Part shown: positions 59,244-64,000 of the stretch, piece by piece
Layout: every line of letters starts with the position of its first letter
How positions within the stretch are numbered: the first letter of the stretch is position 1
IMG/VR virus record: IMGVR_UViG_3300025141_016305
Location: 64,001 to 128,000 of that record
Source of the DNA: a virus
Direction: 5' to 3' (one strand)
DNA: 64,000 nt
Program-made: the position numbers and the translations under genes
The notes under the pieces: model-generated
Database searches by the model: none
Told to the model about the DNA's origin: nothing
What the model saw: the letters and a program-made list of their open reading frames with translations, nothing else

Positions 59244-60323
59244 TTAGTAATATTGTTTAGAAAATTTAATTATTTTTTCACAAATATAATCAATTTCTAA
59301 ATTTGTTAAATCCGGAAACGATGGAAAAACTACCACTTCCTTGTTTATCAATTTTGCATTTATATCTTTTCCGGAAAAATTTAAGTGTTTATGAGCCCTG
59401 TAGGAATAAAACATTGGCCTAGTATCGATTGCCGCGGCCATAAAGAAATCTTTTGCTACATCATATCCTTTTGAACCTGGTATTTTAATTCCGAACATCC
59501 ACTTTGAATGAGTAGTATTTTCTTCTTCTATTTGCAGTTTCACGTTGGGGATGTTTTTTAAATTTTCTTTGTACCTTGAAAAAATTCTTTTTTTACTTTC
59601 GATGATACTGTTGCTATCTTCTAATTGCCCAAGAAGCAGAGCAGCTTGTATATTCGTCATTCTATAGTTGTATCCTAATTCATCATGAATAAATCTGACT
59701 TCGCTCTGCCCTTGTCCTCTTAGTTTTGAAGCGTATTCATAAATATTTTTATCATTTGTCAAAAAAGCACCACCTTCACCACAAGTTATATTTTTATTGC
59801 CGTAAAAAGATAGTGAAGAACACAGGGATTGAGTACCAGAAGAATAGCCGGCATAAGACCCAAAAAAACCCTCACAGTTGTCTTCAATAATTGGACAATT
59901 AAATTTTTGTTTCAAATCTGGGACGTTTATTATGTTTCCCAAGTTATGTACAGCAAATATCGCGCTTCCCTCTTCAACCTTGTCTATTTCCATATTCCAA
60001 GTATTTAAATTCAGATCGACACACTCAACTGCCCATTCATTATTATCATACACTAGAGAATTGTAAGCTGCAACGTAACATGCACTAGGCACTATAATCT
60101 TTTTTATATCTGGGCGTGTTTTTTTTAGCGCTCTTACCACAAGGTGTGTGGCAGCGGTACCATTATTAGTAAGGAGTGCATATTTGTAGCCTCCTACTTC
60201 TGATAGTTTTTCTGAAGCTAAATCAACATATTTGCCTGTTGAAGATACCCAGGAAGACTTTATGGCATCATTAGCATAGTGCGCGCTTTTCGCGGAGATA
60301 GATGGCTTATATACCGGAATCAT
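59244..60323 (-). CDS. DegT-family sugar aminotransferase, perosamine-synthase-like
   Basis: WVSSTGKYV, NGTAATHL, IIEDNCE, SFYGNKNITCGEGG, GYNYRMTNIQAA, IDTRPMF. Confidence 0.88.
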   Translation of the reverse strand: MIPVYKPSISAKSAHYANDAIKSSWVSSTGKYVDLASEKLSEVGGYKYALLTNNGTAATHLVVRALKKTRPDIKKIIVPSACYVAAYNSLVYDNNEWAVECVDLNLNTWNMEIDKVEEGSAIFAVHNLGNIINVPDLKQKFNCPIIEDNCEGFFGSYAGYSSGTQSLCSSLSFYGNKNITCGEGGAFLTNDKNIYEYASKLRGQGQSEVRFIHDELGYNYRMTNIQAALLLGQLEDSNSIIESKKRIFSRYKENLKNIPNVKLQIEEENTTHSKWMFGIKIPGSKGYDVAKDFFMAAAIDTRPMFYSYRAHKHLNFSGKDINAKLINKEVVVFPSFPDLTNLEIDYICEKIIKFSKQYY

Positions 60324-60729
60324 TTTCTCTTCTCATAAAAATAGTATCTTCTGTTTCTTTAAACTTGCTGAATTCGAATGTTTCATATACATGAATTGCT
60401 CTTTCGTTGTCCCTATCCACTGACAAATATATCTCTCCAGAGTACGAATCTATAAGCTTTTTCATTATCTTTTTGCCATAACCCTTTCCATAATGACCTT
60501 CTTTCACACATATTCCAAGCCACACTTTGTCGGATGCGTGATCTAGATCTAGGTGACCATAGCCGATTGCGGCCGTATCTATCAAAAGAAAAGTGACAAT
60601 ATGGTTTTCAATCGCGGTTTCGGGTGTGCGATTAGAATAATATCTAAACTTTTTTTCAGACGAACCTATTGAATGTATAAAATTTCTCAAAGTAGAAATA
60701 TTATTCTGATCAATTTTTAAGAATTTCAT
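60307..60729 (-). CDS. GNAT acetyltransferase
   Basis: LGICVKEGHYGKGYGKKIM (motif A) and NERAIHVYETFEF (motif B). Confidence 0.85.
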   Translation of the reverse strand: MKFLKIDQNNISTLRNFIHSIGSSEKKFRYYSNRTPETAIENHIVTFLLIDTAAIGYGHLDLDHASDKVWLGICVKEGHYGKGYGKKIMKKLIDSYSGEIYLSVDRDNERAIHVYETFEFSKFKETEDTIFMRRENDSGI

Positions 60730-61678
60730 TTACCTCTTCTACACAAGTTTCAGCATGTTTTTTCGACCCTATTCGAGTATGGTTTTGAAAAGTCACCGCA
60801 TCCCATCCGGCTTCACTACACCTTTTTGATATGTGCGCGCACGAATCTTTAAAATTTTCAAAAGAAAATGCGGCTTCCTCTTCTTTGGATAAGATATGTA
60901 CATCTCCATAAAGGTTTGTTCTAGAACCTATAGTGTGATTTTCTTCTCCTGGTACGCCCATTCGCCCCTTATAGGCCAAAATGCTCTTTTGAGGTCTGAT
61001 TGCAACTCTGTTCGGATGATGTTTTAGAACATAATTAAAATAAAGCTCATAAGTTGTAAACAAAAGAGGTAACTTATCATGAGCCGGTTTTGGAGATGGT
61101 ATGCAGCGATACTCTTGTTGGGTAACTGAAATATCTGCCTTCCAAAATGGCATATTATGACGCTTTTCAACCCTTTCAAACATCTCTTTTAGAATATCTT
61201 TTTGAATCAACATATGATGACATATTCCAGAATATCTACTTTGCTTTGTCAGGCCGGGAATTAGCTTTTCCATATGTTCTAAATACGGGTGCTGAGTGAC
61301 ATGGCTTGGTATATCATAACTTGCATTGTAAAGAGCAATATCATCTTCATTTATAAATTCTGTTTCTTTTAAAAATATAGTGTCTGCATCACAAACGAGT
61401 ACATCTCTTTCCAAATCAGGAATAACTAGAGCCGAAGTTGTTTGTATAAGGCCTCCATAATAGTTAAAAGTTTTTCTATGGAATCCTACAATATCTCCAA
61501 CATCTGTAAAGGAAAACGGAAACTTCTCTTCTGAATAAAACTCAGCTTTATCTGTTAGCTTTTCTTTGGATACAACTATGATCCTTCTAACGTTTTTTAC
61601 ATTTTTTCTGATCCCGTCGATACACAGATCCAGAGTATCGGTGTCTTTTCTATGAGCGGGTATAACTACGTCTATCAT
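60710..61678 (-). CDS. GT-A fold glycosyltransferase-like protein
   Basis: DVVIPAH...RRIIVVS...LVCDADTIFLK (DxD); start moved to ATG 61678 (ATGA overlap). Confidence 0.65.
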   Translation of the reverse strand: MIDVVIPAHRKDTDTLDLCIDGIRKNVKNVRRIIVVSKEKLTDKAEFYSEEKFPFSFTDVGDIVGFHRKTFNYYGGLIQTTSALVIPDLERDVLVCDADTIFLKETEFINEDDIALYNASYDIPSHVTQHPYLEHMEKLIPGLTKQSRYSGICHHMLIQKDILKEMFERVEKRHNMPFWKADISVTQQEYRCIPSPKPAHDKLPLLFTTYELYFNYVLKHHPNRVAIRPQKSILAYKGRMGVPGEENHTIGSRTNLYGDVHILSKEEEAAFSFENFKDSCAHISKRCSEAGWDAVTFQNHTRIGSKKHAETCVEEVNEILKN

Positions 61679-62508
61679 ACTAATTTCCAAACATCATAAT
61701 AATCACTTTTCATATGATTCATATCGTGAAAAAACATCCCATTGCCAAAACTACTATACCATTTTTGATCTTCATGTTTAAACTGTTCAACAAAGTCTTT
61801 ACTGTGTATTATCTTTTTATGTTTTCCAATCATTCCGGCGGCGAGGACAAATGTGCTCGAACCTGCAATAAGTACGTCACACTCTGACAATATTGAGAAA
61901 TCTGCCATATAGTTGTTTTCTGGCTTGAAATAGAATCGAATGTTTTTGTTTTTTAAATATGTGTATGTTTCGTAAAAAGAAGGATAGTTTATATCTGGAT
62001 CATCCGTACAGAGCGCAAAAATGATATCATTATCATATTCTTTCAACACTGTGTCTATTGCTTTTATATAATATTCTGCAGGGTGTATTTCTCTCCCATT
62101 CATTCCATCAGCACCTCTGGTATCTCCTCCTCTTATGTGAATTCCCACCACCGCTTTTGAGTCGTGTATCAAAGATGCAGGATTCCTTAGTTTAATAAAA
62201 TCTCGGGGATCTTTTTTCGTTACTCGATAAAAAGGACCACACAGAGATAGTGTGTGTAATCTCCAGTTACCGCGGGAGTACGTGTCTATTAATTCTTCTT
62301 GATTTTTATATATTAAATCACCGAAGGGTATTTCTTCAGCTTCTATTTTGTCTTTTAAAATATCACAGGTTTGTTCAAAGCTATGATAACTATCCCACAT
62401 AGCTGTTGAGCATGGTTGCCCCAACATGCTCCCAAGCTGCATTAGAGTATTAAAATGAAAAATTTTGTTTCCATGTCTTCCTCTTGTCTGTTTGTCTATT
62501 ATAATCAT
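61675..62508 (-). CDS. GT11-like (alpha-1,2-fucosyltransferase-family) glycosyltransferase
   Basis: GRHGNKIF, VGIHIRGGD, YYIKAI, CTDD, DFSILSECD...STF; these motifs mark GDP-sugar-binding enzymes. Confidence 0.8.
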   Translation of the reverse strand: MIIIDKQTRGRHGNKIFHFNTLMQLGSMLGQPCSTAMWDSYHSFEQTCDILKDKIEAEEIPFGDLIYKNQEELIDTYSRGNWRLHTLSLCGPFYRVTKKDPRDFIKLRNPASLIHDSKAVVGIHIRGGDTRGADGMNGREIHPAEYYIKAIDTVLKEYDNDIIFALCTDDPDINYPSFYETYTYLKNKNIRFYFKPENNYMADFSILSECDVLIAGSSTFVLAAGMIGKHKKIIHSKDFVEQFKHEDQKWYSSFGNGMFFHDMNHMKSDYYDVWKLV

Positions 62509-62509
62509 T

Positions 62510-63169
62510 TTATTTATTCCATTCCGGTAGGTGTTCTACTTCCTTAATAGGGTACCAATAAGTTGTCATTGCAATGCGGATCCCTTCTGATATTTCTTTT
62601 CCTCTATGTACATACGTAGAATCAAATAAAACGCAAGTTCCGGCATTTCCTGTCACTTCTACTATCTTATCATCTCCAAAATTGTTGCGAATATAAGAAT
62701 CTTCAAGTCGAAGATTGGAAAAAAACGGCAACTCTGAATTTCGGGCCTTGGACCCCCTCAAGAACATAAACGGACCGTTTTCTGATTTGACATTTGTGAG
62801 ATATATCATTGATTTAAATTGTGCCGGCTTTTGACTATCCAGATGCCAGCCTCCCCCGGAGTCTGAGGGACTATCTTGTGCAAACTTTACAACATTTGAC
62901 TGTACATTTTCTGGGAGGTGGCAATTCGAATATTGCTTTGCTATATCATATATAAATTTGTCATTTTTGAAATCAGACGCACATAAACTATATGGCTCTG
63001 ATGGGCGAAGTCTGAGGTCTCCTCCTTGACCTGAAGAGAATGCTTCCAGAGGGGCTTTGGAAAGTTCCTTTATAGCCATGTCGCATTTTTCTTTGTTCCA
63101 ATAATCTCGAAGTATGCATATGCCTTCTTTTCGAAGAATATTTAGAACTTCATGTATCATGTGGTTCAT
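62510..63169 (-). CDS. PhyH-like 2OG-Fe(II) dioxygenase
   Basis: GWHLD, IYLTNV..ENGPF...GS, AGTCVLFD...HRG......R. Confidence 0.82.
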   Translation of the reverse strand: MNHMIHEVLNILRKEGICILRDYWNKEKCDMAIKELSKAPLEAFSSGQGGDLRLRPSEPYSLCASDFKNDKFIYDIAKQYSNCHLPENVQSNVVKFAQDSPSDSGGGWHLDSQKPAQFKSMIYLTNVKSENGPFMFLRGSKARNSELPFFSNLRLEDSYIRNNFGDDKIVEVTGNAGTCVLFDSTYVHRGKEISEGIRIAMTTYWYPIKEVEHLPEWNK

Positions 63170-63953
63170 TTATTTTTTTCCATTTCCATTTCCATCGATC
63201 TTCAATTTCTCTTAACTTTAGTGTTTTTTCAGAGTTGCTTAAAAGATGGTGCTTAATTGTATTTCCATAATTAGCACCATGGTGTTGGTGGTCCCAGGCT
63301 GCGCGGTCGCGATGAGACTCTCCAGAAGTAAAATAGTGACTTAACTTTCCATAATGTAATATTACTGGGTCTTTTTCTACATCTTCATAAGGTCTCGGGG
63401 TGTTGATAGGTTGATTTGACGGTCGTACTCTATGTTGAGTTATATCATACTTTAGAGTATGTCCGGGAATGTTTTTCACTAAAAAACCTTTCCTATAGGA
63501 CGTTCCTATTTCCCATGGGTCCCATCTTATAATTTGGCCATTATTTCCTACATAACTATCGACTCTGTAGTGGTTTTCGTCTCTCCATAAATGAATCCAT
63601 GGGAAAGTATACATATTGACATCGGGATCTAAGCCTCCATTTTTTATCCAATCTGCGAAATTAGCAGAAGGTATTTCGTCGGCATCTAAAAACAAAAAAT
63701 AATCCGGGTTATATTTGTAACAGCGATCTAATATTTCTTGTCTCTGCAGGCTGCCTTGCCTGTCTTTCCAGTCGTGTGGAGGTCTTTTGTATATTTCCAC
63801 GTTTGGATACTTTTTGCAAATCTCATATGTTTCATCATCACTTTGATCATCGCTAATCACTATTGCGTCACAAAATGTTGATAAAGCTTGTATTTGTTTA
63901 TCAGCTATATACGCGGCGTTTTTGGCTGGTATGCCTGCTACTATTTTAACCAT
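63150..63953 (-). CDS. GT2-family glycosyltransferase
   Basis: ISDDQSDDET, FLFLDADE, ILHYG. Confidence 0.82.
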   Translation of the reverse strand: MVKIVAGIPAKNAAYIADKQIQALSTFCDAIVISDDQSDDETYEICKKYPNVEIYKRPPHDWKDRQGSLQRQEILDRCYKYNPDYFLFLDADEIPSANFADWIKNGGLDPDVNMYTFPWIHLWRDENHYRVDSYVGNNGQIIRWDPWEIGTSYRKGFLVKNIPGHTLKYDITQHRVRPSNQPINTPRPYEDVEKDPVILHYGKLSHYFTSGESHRDRAAWDHQHHGANYGNTIKHHLLSNSEKTLKLREIEDRWKWKWKKINEPHDT

Positions 63954-64000
63954 TTATACTGCTCCAAATATTAGACACATAAAGACTTGGGTCTTCATCG

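Noticed and set aside
143-60066. Numerous plus-strand ORFs of 60-180 aa in the ORF track
   Set aside because: All lie antisense to long, motif-bearing minus-strand genes and show no recognisable domains; they are shadow ORFs.
1-64000. Stop-codon reassignment (seen in some large phages)
   Set aside because: Standard-code ORFs are long and abut each other; TAA, TAG and TGA all end genes at sensible positions.
1-64000. tRNA, CRISPR array, IS element or rho-independent terminators
   Set aside because: Intergenic gaps are about 100 bp or less; I saw no cloverleaf, repeat-spacer pattern, transposase or convincing hairpin plus U-tract by eye.
63946-64000. 3' end of a further minus-strand gene at the right edge
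   Set aside because: Only about 17 codons are visible, so frame and product cannot be supported.

Overview
This 64 kb window is part of a large, AT-rich tailed dsDNA phage genome with T4-like (myovirus-type) core genes. All credible genes lie densely packed on the minus strand and use the standard genetic code. In transcription order (right to left) there are six blocks. (1) A sugar-nucleotide and glycosyltransferase cluster of at least 10 kb (GT2, PhyH, GT11-like, GT-A, GNAT, two DegT aminotransferases, a second 2OG-Fe oxygenase, NeuA, NeuB, HAD phosphatase, WecB, Gmd), interrupted by a Cys-rich lipoprotein. (2) A gp55-like late sigma factor. (3) A baseplate/tail module with gp5-like spike, gp25-like and gp6-like proteins, two giant proteins (3606 and 3357 aa) and tail-collar-like paralogues. 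(4) A J-domain protein, RuvC-like resolvase, primase and a fused Mre11-Rad50. (5) A probable holin/spanin-like cassette. (6) The terminase large subunit and a gp20-like portal that runs off the left edge. The most interesting signal is a strong, protein-specific enrichment of [S/T]-[G/A/S]-S tripeptides (TGS, SGS, TAS) in a subset of virion proteins next to the glycan cluster; it may be the sequon of a phage-encoded virion O-glycosylation system. Other notable features are a candidate late-promoter motif (sense CTAWTTAWA), two sigma70 promoters, a roughly 120-aa module inserted three times in structural proteins, and candidate capsid-targeting leaders. All assignments come from motif recognition by eye, counts are hand counts, and no database search was run.
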